Assembly: GCF_009914755.1 (NCBI RefSeq) | Contig: NC_060925.1 | Strand: one strand, 5' to 3' | Length of the DNA: 64,000 nucleotides | From: the human T2T-CHM13v2.0 reference genome, Homo sapiens | Shown here: piece after piece, positions 28,401 to 44,700 of the stretch | Numbering within the stretch: position 1 is the stretch's first letter | Layout: each line of letters starts with the position of its first letter | The notes under the pieces: model-generated | The model's database searches: none | The model's input: the letters and a program-made list of their open reading frames with translations, nothing else | Told to the model about the DNA's origin: nothing | Translations under genes and position numbers: made by a program

Positions 28401-31400
28401 CTAATGGAATCAACATCGAATGAATCGAATGGAAACACCATCGAATTGAAACGAGTGGAATTATCATGAAATTGAAATGGATGGACTCATCATCGAATGG
28501 ATTCGAATGGAATCATCGAATAAAATTGATTGAAATCATCATCAAATGGAATCGAATGGTATCATTGAATGGAATCGAATGGAATCATCATCAGATGGAA
28601 ATGAATGGAATCGTCATAGAATGGAATCGAATGGATTCATTGAATGGAATCAGATGGAATCTTCGAATGGACTGGAATGGAATCATTGAATGGATTCGAA
28701 AGGGATCATTATTGAATGGAATTGAATGGAATCATCGAATGGTCTCGATTGGAATCATTATCAAATGGAATCGAATGGAATCACCGAATAGAATCGAATG
28801 GAACAATCATCGAATGGACTCAAATGAAATTATCCTCAAGTGGAATCGAATGGAATTATCGAATGCAATCGAATGGAATTATCGAATACAATCAAATAGA
28901 AACATCGAATGGACTCGAATGGAATCATCGAATGGAATGGAATGGAACAGTCAATGAACTCGAATGGAATCATCATTGAATGGAATCGAATGGAATCATC
29001 GAGTGGAATCGAATGGAATTATGATCAAATGGAATCGAATGTAATCATCATCAAATGGAATCAAAAATAACCATCATCAATTGGTATTGAATGGAATTGT
29101 CATCAAATGGAATTCAAAGGAATCATCATCAAATGGAACCGAATGGAATCCTCATTGAATGGAAATGAAAGGGGTCATCATCTAATGGAATCGCATGGAA
29201 TCATCATCAAATGGAATCGAATGGAATCATCATCAAATGGAATCTAATGGAATCATTGAACAGAATTGAATGGAATCGTCATCGAATGAATTGAATGCAA
29301 TCATCGAATGGTCTCGAATGGAATCATCTTCCAATGGAAAGGAATGGAATCATCGCATAGAATCGAATGGAATTAACATTGAATGGACTCGAATGGAATC
29401 AACATCAAACGGAATGAAGCGGAATTATCGAATGGAATCGAATAGAATCATCGAATGGACTCGAATGGAATCATCTAATGGAATGGAATGGAATAATCCC
29501 CGGACTCGAATGCAATCATCATCGTATAGAATCGAATGCAATCATTGAATGGACTCGAATGGAATAATCATTGAACGGAATCGAATGGAATCATCATCGG
29601 ATGGAAACGAATGGAATCATCATCGAATGGAAATGAAAGGAGTCATCATCTAATGGAATTGCATGCAATCATCATAAAATGGAATCGAATGGAATCAACA
29701 TCAAATGGAATCAAATGGAATCATTGAACGGAATTGAATGGAATCGTCATCGACTGAATTGAATGCAATCATCGAATGGTCTCGAATGAAATCATCTTCA
29801 AATGGAATGGAATGGAATCATCGCATAGAATCGAATGGAATTATCATCAAATGTTATCGAATGGTATCAACAACAAACGGAACAAAACGGAATTATCGAA
29901 TGGAATCGAAGAGAATCATCGAACGGACCCGAATGGAATCATCTAATGGAATGGAATGGAATAATCCATGGACTCGAATGCAATCATCATCGAATGGAAT
30001 CGAATGGAATCATCGAATGGAACCGAATGGAATAATCATTGAACGGAATCGAATGGAATCATCATCGGATGGAAACGAATGGAATCATCATCGAATGGAA
30101 ATGAGAGGAGTCATCTAATGGAATTGCACGGAATCAACATAAAATGGAATCGAATGGAATCAACATCAAATGGAATCAAATGGAATCATTGAACGGAATT
30201 GAATGGAATTGTCATCGAATGAATTGAATGCAATCATCGAATGGTCTCGAATGGAATCATCTTCAAATGGAATGGAATGGAATCATCGCATAGAATCGAA
30301 TGGAATTATCATCGAATGGAATCGAATGGAAACAACATCAAACGGAAAAAAACGGAATTATCGTATGGAATCGAAGAGAATCATCGAATGGACCCGAATG
30401 GAATCATCTAATGGAATGGAATGGAATAATCCATGGACTCGAATGCAATCATCATCGAATGGAATCGAATGGAATAATCGAATGGACACGAATGGAATAA
30501 TCATCAAACGGAATCGAATGGAATCATCATCGGATGGAAATGTATGGAATCATCATCGAATGGAATCGAATAGAATTATGGAATGAAATCCAGTGTGATC
30601 ATCATCGAATGGACCCGAATGGAATCATCATCCAATGGAAACTAATGGAATCAACATGGAATGAATCGAATGGAAACACCATCGAATTGAAACGAATGGA
30701 ATTATCATGAAAGTGAAATGGATGGACTCATCATCGAATGGATTCGAATGGAATCATCGAATAAAATTGATTGAAGTCATCATCAAATGGAATCGAAGGG
30801 TATCATTGAATGGAATCGAATGGAATCATCATCAGATGGAAATGAATGGAATCGTCATAGAATGGAATCGAATGGATTCATTGAATAGAATCAGATGGAA
30901 TCATCGAAAAGACTGGAATGGAATCACTGAATGGACTCGAAAGGGATCTTCATTGAATGGAATTGAATGGAATCATCGAATGCTCTCGATTGGAATCATT
31001 ATCAAATGGAATCGAATCGAATCACCGAATAGAATCGAATGGAACAATCATCGAATGGACTCAAATGGAATTATCCTCAAATGGAATCGAATGGAATTAT
31101 CGAATGCAATCGAATGGAATTATCGAATGCAATCGAATAGAATCATCGAATGGATTCGAATGGAATCATCGAATGGAATGGAATGGAACAGTCAATGAAC
31201 TCAAATGGAATCATCATTGAATGGAATCGAATGGAATCATCGAGTGGAATCGAATGGAATTATGATCAAATGGAATCGAATGTAATCATCATCAAATGGA
31301 ATCAAAAATAACCATCATCAATTGGTATTGAATGGAATTGTCATCAAATGGAATTCAAAGGAATCATCATCAAATGGAACCGAATGGAATCCTCATTGAA

Positions 31401-32730
31401 TGGAAATGAAAGCGGTCATCATCTACTGGAATCGCATGGAATCATCATCAAATGGAATCGAATGGAATCATCATCAAATGGAATCTAATGGAATCACTGA
31501 ACAGAATTGATTGGAATCGTCATCGAATGAATTGAATGCAATCATCGAATGGTCTCGAATGGAATCATCTTCTATTGGAAAGGAATGGAATCATCGCATA
31601 GAATCGAATGGAATTAACATTGAATGGACTCGAATGGAATCAACATCAAACGGAATCAAGCGGAATTATCGAATGGAATCGAAGAGAATCATCGAATGGA
31701 CTCGAATGGAATCATCTAATGGAATGAAATGGAATAATCCATGCACTCGAATGCAATCATCATCGAATGGAATCGAAAGGAATCATCGAATGGACTCGAA
31801 TGGAATAATCATTGAACGGAATCGAATGGAATCATCATCAGATGGAAACGAATGGAATCATCATCGAATGGAAATGAAAGGAGTCATCATCTAATGGAAT
31901 TGCATGGAATAATCATAAAATGGAATCGAATGGAATCGACATCAAATGGAATCAAATGGAATCATTGAACGAAATTGAATGGAATCGTCGTCGAATGAAT
32001 TGAATGCAATCATCGAATGGTCTCGAATGGAATCATCTTCAAATGGAATGGAATGGAATCATCGCATAGAATCGAATGGAATTATCATCGAATGTTATCG
32101 AATGGTATCAACAACAAACGGAACAAAACGGAATTATCGAATGGAATCGAAGAGAATCATCGAACGGACCCGAATGGAATCATCTAATGGAATGGAATGG
32201 AATAATCCATGGACTCGAATGCAATCATCATCGAATGGAATCGAATGGAATCATCGAATGGACCCGAATGGAATAATCATTGAACGGAATCGAATGGAAT
32301 CATCATCGGATGATAACGAATGGAATCATCATCGAATGGAAATGAAAGGAGTCAACTAATAGAATTGCACGGAATCAACATAAAATGGAATCGAATGGAA
32401 TCAACATCAAATGGAATCAAAAATAACCATCATCAATTGGTATTGAATGGAATTGTCATCAAATGGAATTCAAAGGAATCATCACCAAATGGAACCGAAT
32501 GGATTCCTCATTGAATGGAAATGAAAGGGGTCATCATCTCATGGAATCGCATGGAATCATCATCCAATGGAATCGAATGGAATCATCATCAAATGGAATC
32601 TAATGGAATCATTGAACAGAATTGAATGGAATCGTCATCCAATGAATTGAATGCAATCATCTAATGGTCTCGAATGGAATCATCTTCTAATGGAAAGGAA
32701 TGGAATCATCGCATAGAATCGAATGGAATT
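25500..32730. repeat. Direct duplication: ~25,500-27,600 recurs at ~30,630-32,730 (offset 5,129), with a third copy at ~44,120-46,220
   Basis: The MKVKW-variant core is at 25578, 30707 and 44194. The copies share CTACTGG, TCTATTGG, ATGCACTCG, GATGATAACG and the 1,126-bp deletion junction (27276, 32405, 45892). Confidence 0.87.
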
Positions 32731-35700
32731 AACATTGAATGGACTCGAATGGAATCAACATCAAACGGAATCAAGCGGAATTATCGAATGGAATCGAAGA
32801 GAATCATCGAATGGACTCGAATGGAATCATCTAATGGAATGGAATGGAATAATCAACGGACTCGAATGCAATCATCATCGTATAGAATCGAATGGAATCA
32901 TCGAATGGACTCGAATGGAATAATCATTGAACAGAATCGAATGGAATCATCATCGGATGGAAACGAATGGAATCATCATCGAATGGAAATGAAAGGGGTC
33001 ATCTAATGGAATTGCATGAAATCATCATCAAATGGAATCGAATGGAATCAACATCAAATGGAATCAAATGGAATCATTGAACGGAATTGAATGGAATCGT
33101 CATCGAATGAATTGAATGCAATCATCGAATGGTCTCGAATGGAATCATCTTCAAATGGAATGGAATGGAATCATCGCATGGAATCGAATGGAATTATCAT
33201 CGAATGGAATCGAATGGAATCAACATCAAACGGAATCAAGCGGAATTATCGAATGTAATCGAAGAGAACCATCGAATGGACTCGAATGGAATCATCTAAT
33301 GGAATGGAATGGAATAATCCCCGGACTCGAATGCAATCATCCTCGTATAGAATCGAATGCAATCATTGAATGGACTCGAATGGAATAATCATTGAACGGA
33401 ATCGAATGGAATCATCATCGGATGGAAACGAATGGAATCATCATCGAATGGAAATGAAAGGAGTCATCATCTAATGGAATTGCATGCAATCATCATAAAA
33501 TGGAATCGAATGGAATCAACATCAAATGGAATCAAATGGAATCATTGAACGGAATTGAATGGAATCGTCATCGAATGAATTGAATGCAATCATCCAATGG
33601 TCTCGAATGGAATCATCTTCAAATGGAATGGAATGGAATCATCGCATAGAATCGAATGGAATTATCATCGAATGTTATCGAATGGTATCAACAACAAACG
33701 GAACAAAACGGAATTATCGAATGGAATCGAAGAGAATCATCGAACGGACCCGAATGGAATCATCTAATGGAATGGAATGGAATAATCCATGGACTCGAAT
33801 GCAATCATCATCGAATGGAATCGAATGGAATCATCGAATGGAACCGAATGGAATAATCATTGAACGGAATCGAATGGAATCATCATCGGATGGAAACGAA
33901 TGGAATCATCATCGAATGGAAATGAAAGGAGTCATCTAATGGAATTGCAGGGAATCAACATAAAATGGAATCGAATTGAATCAACATCAAATGGAATCAA
34001 ATGGAATCATTGAACAGAATTGAATGGAATAGTCATCGAATGAATTGAATGCAATCATCGAATGGTCTCGAATGGAATCATCTTCAAATGGAATGGAATG
34101 GAATCATCGCATAGAATCGAATGGAATTATCATCGAATGGAATCGAATGGAATCAACATCAAACGGAAAAAAACGGAATTATCGAATGGAATCGAAGAGA
34201 ATCATCGAACGGACCCGAATGGAATCATCTAATGGAATGGAATGGAATAATCCATGGACTCGAATGCAATCATCATCGAATGGAATCGAATGGAATCATC
34301 GAATGGACTCGAAATGAATAATCATTGAACGGAATCGAATGGAATCATCATCGGATGGAAACGAATGGAATCATCATCGAATGGAAATGAAAGGATTCAT
34401 CATCTAATGGAATTGCATGGAATCACCGTAAAATGGAATCGAATGGAATCAACATCAAATGGAATCAAATGGAATCATTGAACGGAATTGAATGGAATCT
34501 TCATCGAATGAATTGAATGCAATCATCGAATGGTCTCGAATGGAATCATCTTCAAATGGAATGGAATGGAATCATCGCATAGAATCGAATGGAATTATCA
34601 TCGAATGGAATCGAATGGAATCAACATCAAACTAAAAAATCGGAATTATCGTATGGAATCGAATGGAATCATCGAATGGACTCGAATGGAATAATCATCC
34701 AACGGAATCGAATGGAGTCATCATCAGATGGAAATGAATGGAATCATCATCGAATGGAATCGAATAGAATTATGGAATGAAATCCAGTGTGATCATCATC
34801 GAATGGACCCGAATGGAATCATCATCCAACGGAAGCTAATGGAATCAACATCGAATGAATCGATTGGAAACACCATCGAATTGAAACGAATGGAATTATC
34901 ATGAAATTGAAATGGATGGACTCATCATCGAATGGATTCGAATGGAATCATCGAATAAATTTGATTGAAATCATCATCAAATGGAATCGAATGGTATCAT
35001 TGAATGGAATCGAATGGAATCATCATCAGATGGAAATGAATGGAATCGTCATAGAATGGAATCGAATGGATTCATTGAATGGAATCAGATGGAATCATCG
35101 AATGGACTGGAATGGAATCATTGAATGGACTCGAAAGGGATCATTATTGAATGGAATTGAATGGAATCATCGAACGGTCTCGATTGGAATCATTTTCAAA
35201 TGGAATCGAATGGAATCACCGAATAGAATCGAATGGAACAATCATCGAATGGACTCAAATGGAATTACCCTCAAATGGAATCGAATGGAATTATCGAATG
35301 CACTCGAATGGAATTATCAAATGCATTCGAATAGAATCATCGAATGGACTCGAATGGAATCATCGAATGGAATGGAATGGAACAGTGAATGAACTCGAAT
35401 GGAATCATCATTGAATGGAATCGAATGGAATCATCGAGTGGAATCGAATGGAATTATGATCAAATGGAATCGAATGTAATCATCAACAAATGGAATCAAA
35501 AATAACCATCATCAATTGGTATTGAATGGAATTGTCATCAAATGGAATTCAAAGGAATCATCATCAAATGGAACCGAATGCAATCCTCATTGAATGGAAA
35601 TGAAAGGGGTCATCATCTAATGGAATCGCATGGAATCATCATCCAATGGAATCGAATGGAATCATCATCAAATGGAATCTAATGGAATCATTGAACAGAA

Positions 35701-38700
35701 TTGAATGGAATCGTCATCGAATGAATTGAATGCAATCATCGAATGGTCTCGAATGGAATCATCTTCTAATGGAAAGGAATGGAATCATCGCATAGAATCG
35801 AATGGAATTAACATTGAATGGACTCGAATGGAATCAACATCAAACGGAATCAAGCGGAATTATCGAATGTAATCGAAGAGAATCATCGAATGTACTCGAA
35901 TGGAATCTTCTAATGGAATGGATTGGAATAATCCACGGACTCGAATGCAATCATCATCGTATAGAATCGAATGGAATCATTGAATGGACTCAAATGGAAT
36001 AATCATTGAACTTAATCGAATGGAATCATCATCGAATGGAAACGAATGGAATCATCATCGAATGGAAATGAAAGGAGTCATCATCTAATGGAATTGCATG
36101 GAATCATCATAAAATGGATTCGAATGGAATCAACATCAAATGGAATCAAATGGAATCATTGAACGGAATTGAATGGAATCGTCATCGAATGAATTGAATG
36201 CAATCATCGAATGGTCTCGAATGGAATCATCTTCAAATGGAATGGAATGGAATCATCGCATAGAATCGAATGGAATTATCATCGAATGGAATCGAATGGA
36301 ATCAACATCAAACGGAAAAAAACGGAATTATCGAATGGAATCGAAGAGAATCATCGAATGTACCTGAATGGAATCATCTAATGGAATGGAATGGAATAAT
36401 CCATGGACTCGAATGCAATCATCATCAAATGGAATCGAATGGAATCATCGAATGGACTCGAATGGAATAATCATTGAACGGAATCGAATGGAATCATCAT
36501 GGGATGGAAATGAATGGAATCATCATCGAATGGAATCGAATAGAATTATGGAATGAAATCCAGTGTGATCATCATCGAATGGACCCGAATGGAATCATCA
36601 TCCAACGGAAGCTAATGGAATCAACATCGAATGAATCGAATGGAAACACCATCGAATTGAAACGAATGGAATTATCATGAAATTGAAATGGATGGACTCA
36701 TCATCGAATGGATTCGAATGGAATCATCGAATAAAATTGATTGAAGTCATCATCAAATGGAATCGAATGGTATCATTGAATGGAATCGAATGGAATCATC
36801 ATCAGATGGAAATGAATGGAATCGTCATAGAATGGAATCGAATGGATTCATTGAATGGAATCAGATGGAATCATCGAATGGACTGGAATGGAATCATTGA
36901 ATGGACTCGAAAGGGATCATTATTGAATGGAATTGAATGGAATCATCGAATGGTCTCGATTGGAATCATTATCAAATGGAATCGAATGGAATCACCGAAT
37001 AGAATCGAATGGAACAATCATCGAATGGAGTCAAATGGAATTATCCTCAAATGGAATCGAATGGAATTATCGAATGCAATCGAATGGAATTATCGAATGC
37101 AATCGAATAGAATCATCGAATGGACTCGAATGGAATCATCGAATGGAATGGAATGGAACAGTCAATGAACTCGAATGGAATCATCATTGAATGGAATCGA
37201 ATGGAATCATCGAGTGGAATCGAATGGAAATATGATCAAATGGAATCGAACGTAATCATCATCAAATGGAATCAAAAATAACCATCATCAATTGGTATTC
37301 AATGGAATTGTCATCAAATGGAATTCAAAGGAATCATCATCAAATGGAACCGAATGGAATCCTCATTGAATGGAAATGAAAGGGGTCATCATCTAATGGA
37401 ATCCCATGGAATCATCATCAAATGGAATCGAATGGAATCATCATCAAATGGAATCTAATGGAATCATTGAAAAGAATTGAATGGAATCGTCATCGAATGA
37501 ATTGAATACAATCATCGAATGGTCTCGAATGCAATCATCTTCTAATGGAAAGGAATGGAATCGTCGCATAGATTCGAATGGAATTAACATTGAATGGACT
37601 CGAATGGAATCAACATCAAACGGAATCAAGCGGAATTATCGAATGTAATCGAAGAGAACCATCGAATGGACTCGAATGGAATCATCTAATGGAATGGAAT
37701 GGAATAATCCATGGACTCGAATGCAATCATCATCGTATAGAATCGAATGGAATCATCGAATGGACTCGAATGGAATAATCATCGAACGGAATCGAATGGA
37801 ATCATCATCGAGTGGAAACGAATGGAATCATCATCGAATGGAATCGAATAGTATTATGGAATGAAATCCAGTGTCGTCATCATCGTATGGACCCGAATGG
37901 AATCATCATCCAACGGAAGCTAATGGAATCAACATCGAATGAATCGAATGGAAACACCATCGAATTGAAACGAGTGGAATTATCATGAAATTGAAATGGA
38001 TGGACTCATCATCGAATGGATTCGAATGGAATCATCGAATAAAATTGATTGAAATCATCATCAAATGGAATCGAATGGTATCATTGAATGGAATCGAATG
38101 GAATCATCATCAGATGGAAATGAATGGAATCGTCATAGAATGGAATCGAATGGATTCATTGAATGGAATCAGATGGAATCTTCGAATGGACTGGAATGGA
38201 ATCATTGAATGGACTCGAAAGGGATCATTATTGAATGGAATTGAATGCAATCATCGAATGGTCTCGATTGGAATCATTATCAAATGGAATCGAATGGAAT
38301 CACCGAATAGAATCGAATGGAACAATCATCGAATGGACTCAAATGAAATTATCCTCAAGTGGAATCGAATGGAATTATCGAATGCAATCGAATAGAATCA
38401 TCGAATGGACTCGAATGGAATCATCGAATGGAATGGAATGGAACAGTCAATGAACTCGAATGGAATCATCATTGAATGGAATCGAATGGAATCATCGAGT
38501 GGAATCGAATGGAATTATGATCAAATGGAATCGAATGTAATCATCAACAAATGGAATCAAAGATAACCATCATCAATTGGTATTGAATGGAATTGTCATC
38601 AAATGGAATTCAAAGGAATCATCACCAAATGGAACCGAATGGAATCCTCATTGAATGGAAATGAAACGGGTCATCATCTAATGGAATCGCATGGAATCAT

Positions 38701-41700
38701 CATCAAATGGAATCGAATGGAATCATCATCAAATGGAATCTAATGGAATCATTGAACAGAATTGAATGGAATCGTCATCGAATGAATTGAATGCAATCAT
38801 CGAATGGTCTCGAATGGAATCATCTTCTAATGGAAAGGAATGGAATCATCGCATAGAATCGAATGGAATTAACATTGAATGGACTCGAATGGAATCAACA
38901 TCAAACGGAATCAAGCGGAATTATCAAATGGAATCGAAGAGAATCATCGAATGGACTCGAATGGAATCATCTAATGGAATGGAATGGAATAATCCACGGA
39001 CTCGAATGCAATCATCATCGTATAGAATCGAATGGAATCATCGAATGGACTCGAATGGATTAATCATTGAACGGAATCAAATGGAATCATCATCGAATGG
39101 AAACGAATGGAATCATCATCGAATGGAAATGAAAAGAGTCATCATCTAATGGAATTGCATGGAATCATCATAAAATGGAATCGAATGGAATCAACATCAA
39201 ATGGAATCAAATGGAATCATTGAACGGAATTGAATGGAATCGTCATCGAATGAATTGAATGCAATCATCGAATGGTCTCGAATGGAATCATCTTCTAATG
39301 GAAAGGAAAGGAATCATCGCATAGAATCGAATGGAATTAAAATTGAATGGACTCGAATGGAATCAACATCAAACGGAATAAAACGGAATTATCGAATGTA
39401 ATCGAAGAGAATCATCGAATGGACCCGAATGTAATCATCTAATGGAATGGAATGGAATAATCCATGGACTCGAATGCAATCATCATCGAATGGACACGAA
39501 TGGAATAATCATTGAACGGAATCGAATGGAATCATCATCGGATGGAAACGAATGGAATCATCATCGAATGGAAATGAAAGGAGTCATGTAATGGAATTGC
39601 ATGGAATCATCATAAAATGGAATCGAATGGAATCAACATCAAATGGAATCAAATGGAATCATTGAACGGAAATGAATGGAATCGTCATCGAATGAATTGA
39701 CTGCAATCATCGAATGGTCTCGAATGGAATCATCTTCAAATGGAATGGAATGGAATCATCGCATAGAATCGAATGCAATTATCACCGAATGGAATCCAAT
39801 GGAATCAACATCCAACGGAAAAAAACAGAATTATCGTATGGAATCGAAGAGAATCATCGAATGGACAAGAATGGAATCATCTAATGGAATGGAATGGAAT
39901 AATCCATGGACTCGAATGCAATCATCATCGAATGGAATCGAATGGAATCATCGAATGGACTCGAATGGAATAATCATTGAACGGAATCGAATGGAATCAT
40001 CATCGGATGGAAATGAATGGAATCATCATCGAATGGAATCGAATAGAATTATGGAATGAAATCCAGTGTGATCATCATCGAATGGACCCGAATGGAATCA
40101 TCATCCAACGGAAGCTAATGGAATCAACATCGAATGAATCGAATGGAAACACCATCGAATTGAAACGAATGGAATTATCATGAAATTGAAATGGATGGAC
40201 TCATCATCGAATGGATTCGAATGGAATCATCGAATAAAATTGATTGAAATCATCATCGAATGGAATCGAATGGTATCATTGAATGGAATTGAATGGAATC
40301 ATCATCAGAAGGAAATGAATGGAATCGTCATAGAATGGAATCGAATGGATTCATTGAATGGAATCAGATGGAATCATCGAATGGACTGGAATGGAATCAT
40401 TGAATGGACTCGAAAGGGATCATTATTGAATGGAATTGAATGGAATCATCGAATGGTCTCGATTGGAATCATTACCTAATGGAATCGAATGGAATCACCG
40501 AATAGAATCGAATGGAACAATCATCGAATGGACTCAAATGGAATTATCCTCAAATGGAAACGAATGGAATTATCGAATGCAATCGAATGGAATTATCGAA
40601 TGCAATCGAATAGAATCATCGAAAGGACTCGAATGGAATCATCGAATGGAATGGAATGGAACAGTCAATGAACTCGAATGGAATCATCATTGAATGGAAT
40701 CGAATGGAATCATCGAGTGGAATCGAATGGAATTATGATCAAATGGAATCGAATGTAATCATCATCAAATGGAATCAAAAATAACCATCATCAATTGGTA
40801 TTGAATGGAATTGTCATCAAATGGAATTCAAAGGAATCATCATGAAATGGAACCGAATGGAATCCTCATTGAATGGAAATGAAAGGGGTCATCATCTAAT
40901 GGAATCGCATGGAATCATCATCAAATGGAATCGAATGGAATCATCATCAAATGGAATCTAATGGAATCATTGAACAGAATTGAATGGAATCGTCATCGAA
41001 TGAATTGAATGCAATCATCGAATGGTCTCGAATGGAATCATCTTCTAATGGAAAGGAATGGAATCATCGCATAGAATCGAATGGAATTATCATCAATTGG
41101 AATCGAATGGTATCAACACCAAACGGAAAAAAACGGAATTATCGAATGGAATCGAAGAGAATCTTCGAACGGACCCGAATGGAATCATCTAATGGAATGG
41201 AATGGAATAATCCATGGACTCGAATGCAATCATCATCGAATGGAATCGAATGGAATCATCGAATGGACTCGAATGGAATAATCATTGAACGGAATCGAAT
41301 GGAATCATCATCGGATGGAAACGAATGGAATCATCATTGAATGGAAAAGAAAGGAGTCATCTAATGGAATTGCACGGAATCAACATAAAATGGAATCGAA
41401 TGGAATCAACATCAAATGGAATCAAATGGAATCATTGAACGGAATTGAATGGAATAGTCATCGAATGAATTGAATGCAATCATCGAATGGTCTCGAATGG
41501 AATCATCTTCAAATGGAATGGAATGGAATCATCGCATAGAATCGAATGGAATTATCATCGAATGGAATCGAATGGAATCAACATCAAACGGAAAAAAACG
41601 GAATTATCGAATGGAATCGAAGAGAATCATTGAATGGTCCCGAATGGAATCATCTAATGGATTGGAATGGAATAATCCATGGACTCGAATGCAATCATCA

Positions 41701-44700
41701 TCGAATGGAATCGAATGGAATCATCAAATGGACTCGAATGGAATAATCATCGAACGGAATCGAATGGAATCATCATCGGATGGAAATGAATGGAATCATC
41801 ATCGAATGGAATCGAATAGAATTATGGAATGAAATCCAGTGTCGTCATCATCGTATGGACCCGAATGGAATCATCATCCAACGGAAGCTAATGGAATCAA
41901 CATCGAATGAATCGAATGGAAACACCATCGAATTGAAACGAGTGGAATTATCATGAAATTGAAATGGATGGACTCATCATCGAATGGATTCGAATGGAAT
42001 CATCGAATAAAATTGATTGAAATCATCATCAAATGGAATCGAATGGTATCATTGAATGGAATCGAATGGAATCATCATCAGATGGAAATGAATGGAATCG
42101 TCATAGAATGGAATCGAATGGATTCATTGAATGGAATCAGATGGAATCTTCGAATGGACTGGAATGGAATCATTGAATGGATTCGAAAGGGATCATTATT
42201 GAATGGAATTGAATGGAATCATCGAATGGTCTCGATTGGAATCATTATCAAATGGAATCGAATGGAATCACCGAATAGAATCGAATGGAACAATCATCGA
42301 ATGGACTCAAATGAAATTATCCTCAAGTGGAATCGAATGGAATTATTGAATGCAATCGAATGGAATTATCGAATACAATCAAATAGAAACATCGAATGGA
42401 CTCGAATGGAATCATCGAAAGGAATGGAATGCAACAGTCAATGAACTCGAATGGAATCATCATTGAATGGAATCGAATGGAATCATCGAGTGGAATCGAA
42501 TGGAATTATGATCAAATGGAATCGAATGTAATCATCATCAAATGGAATCAAAAATAACCATCATCAATTGGTATTGAATGGAATTGTCATCAAATGGAAT
42601 TCAAAGGAATCATCATCAAATGGAACCGAATGGAATCCTCATTGAATGGAAATGAAAGGGGTCATCATCTAATGGAATCGCATGGAATCATCATCAAATG
42701 GAATCGAATGGAATCATCATCAAATGGAATCTAATGGAATCATTGAACAGAATTGAATGGAATCGTCATCGAATGAATTGAATGCAATCATCGAATGGTC
42801 TCGAATGGAATCATCTTCCAATGGAAAGGAATGGAATCATCGCATAGAATCGAATGGAATTAACATTGAATGGACTCGAATGGAATCAACATCAAACGGA
42901 ATGAAGCGGAATTATCGAATGGAATCGAATAGAATCATCGAATGGACTCGAATGGAATCATCTAATGGAATGGAATGGAATAATCCCCGGACTCGAATGC
43001 AATCATCATCGTATAGAATCGAATGCAATCATTGAATGGACTCGAATGGAATAATCATTGAACGGAATCGAATGGAATCATCATCGGATGGAAACGAATG
43101 GAATCATCATCGAATGGAAATGAAAGGAGTCATCATCTAATGGAATTGCATGCAATCATCATAAAATGGAATCGAATGGAATCAACATCAAATGGAATCA
43201 AATGGAATCATTGAACGGAATTGAATGGAATCGTCATCGACTGAATTGAATGCAATCATCGAATGGTCTCGAATGAAATCATCTTCAAATGGAATGGAAT
43301 GGAATCATCGCATAGAATCGAATGGAATTATCATCAAATGTTATCGAATGGTATCAACAACAAACGGAACAAAACGGAATTATCGAATGGAATCGAAGAG
43401 AATCATCGAACGGACCCGAATGGAATCATCTAATGGAATGGAATGGAATAATCCATGGACTCGAATGCAATCATCATCGAATGGAATCGAATGGAATCAT
43501 CGAATGGAACCGAATGGAATAATCATTGAACGGAATCGAATGGAATCATCATCGGATGGAAACGAATGGAATCATCATCGAATGGAAATGAGAGGAGTCA
43601 TCTAATGGAATTGCACGGAATCAACATAAAATGGAATCGAATGGAATCAACATCAAATGGAATCAAATGGAATCATTGAACGGAATTGAATGGAATTGTC
43701 ATCGAATGAATTGAATGCAATCATCGAATGGTCTCGAATGGAATCATCTTCAAATGGAATGGAATGGAATCATCGCATAGAATCGAATGGAATTATCATC
43801 GAATGGAATCGAATGGAAACAACATCAAACGGAAAAAAACGGAATTATCGTATGGAATCGAAGAGAATCATCGAATGGACCCGAATGGAATCATCTAATG
43901 GAATGGAATGGAATAATCCATGGACTCGAATGCAATCATCATCGAATGGAATCGAATGGAATAATCGAATGGACACGAATGGAATAATCATCAAACGGAA
44001 TCGAATGGAATCATCATCGGATGGAAATGTATGGAATCATCATCGAATGGAATCGAATAGAATTATGGAATGAAATCCAGTGTGATCATCATCGAATGGA
44101 CCCGAATGGAATCATCATCCAATGGAAACTAATGGAATCAACATGGAATGAATCGAATGGAAACACCATCGAATTGAAACGAATGGAATTATCATGAAAG
44201 TGAAATGGATGGACTCATCATCGAATGGATTCGAATGGAATCATCGAATAAAATTGATTGAAGTCATCATCAAATGGAATCGAAGGGTATCATTGAATGG
44301 AATCGAATGGAATCATCATCAGATGGAAATGAATGGAATCGTCATAGAATGGAATCGAATGGATTCATTGAATAGAATCAGATGGAATCATCGAAAAGAC
44401 TGGAATGGAATCACTGAATGGACTCGAAAGGGATCTTCATTGAATGGAATTGAATGGAATCATCGAATGCTCTCGATTGGAATCATTATCAAATGGAATC
44501 GAATCGAATCACCGAATAGAATCGAATGGAACAATCATCGAATGGACTCAAATGGAATTATCCTCAAATGGAATCGAATGGAATTATCGAATGCAATCGA
44601 ATGGAATTATCGAATGCAATCGAATAGAATCATCGAATGGATTCGAATGGAATCATCGAATGGAATGGAATGGAACAGTCAATGAACTCAAATGGAATCA

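Noticed and set aside
37444-37629. The single minus-strand ORF as a sign of an inversion or insertion
   Set aside because: The underlying DNA is ordinary same-orientation module sequence; point variants merely removed stop codons. No CATTC-strand segment exists in the window.
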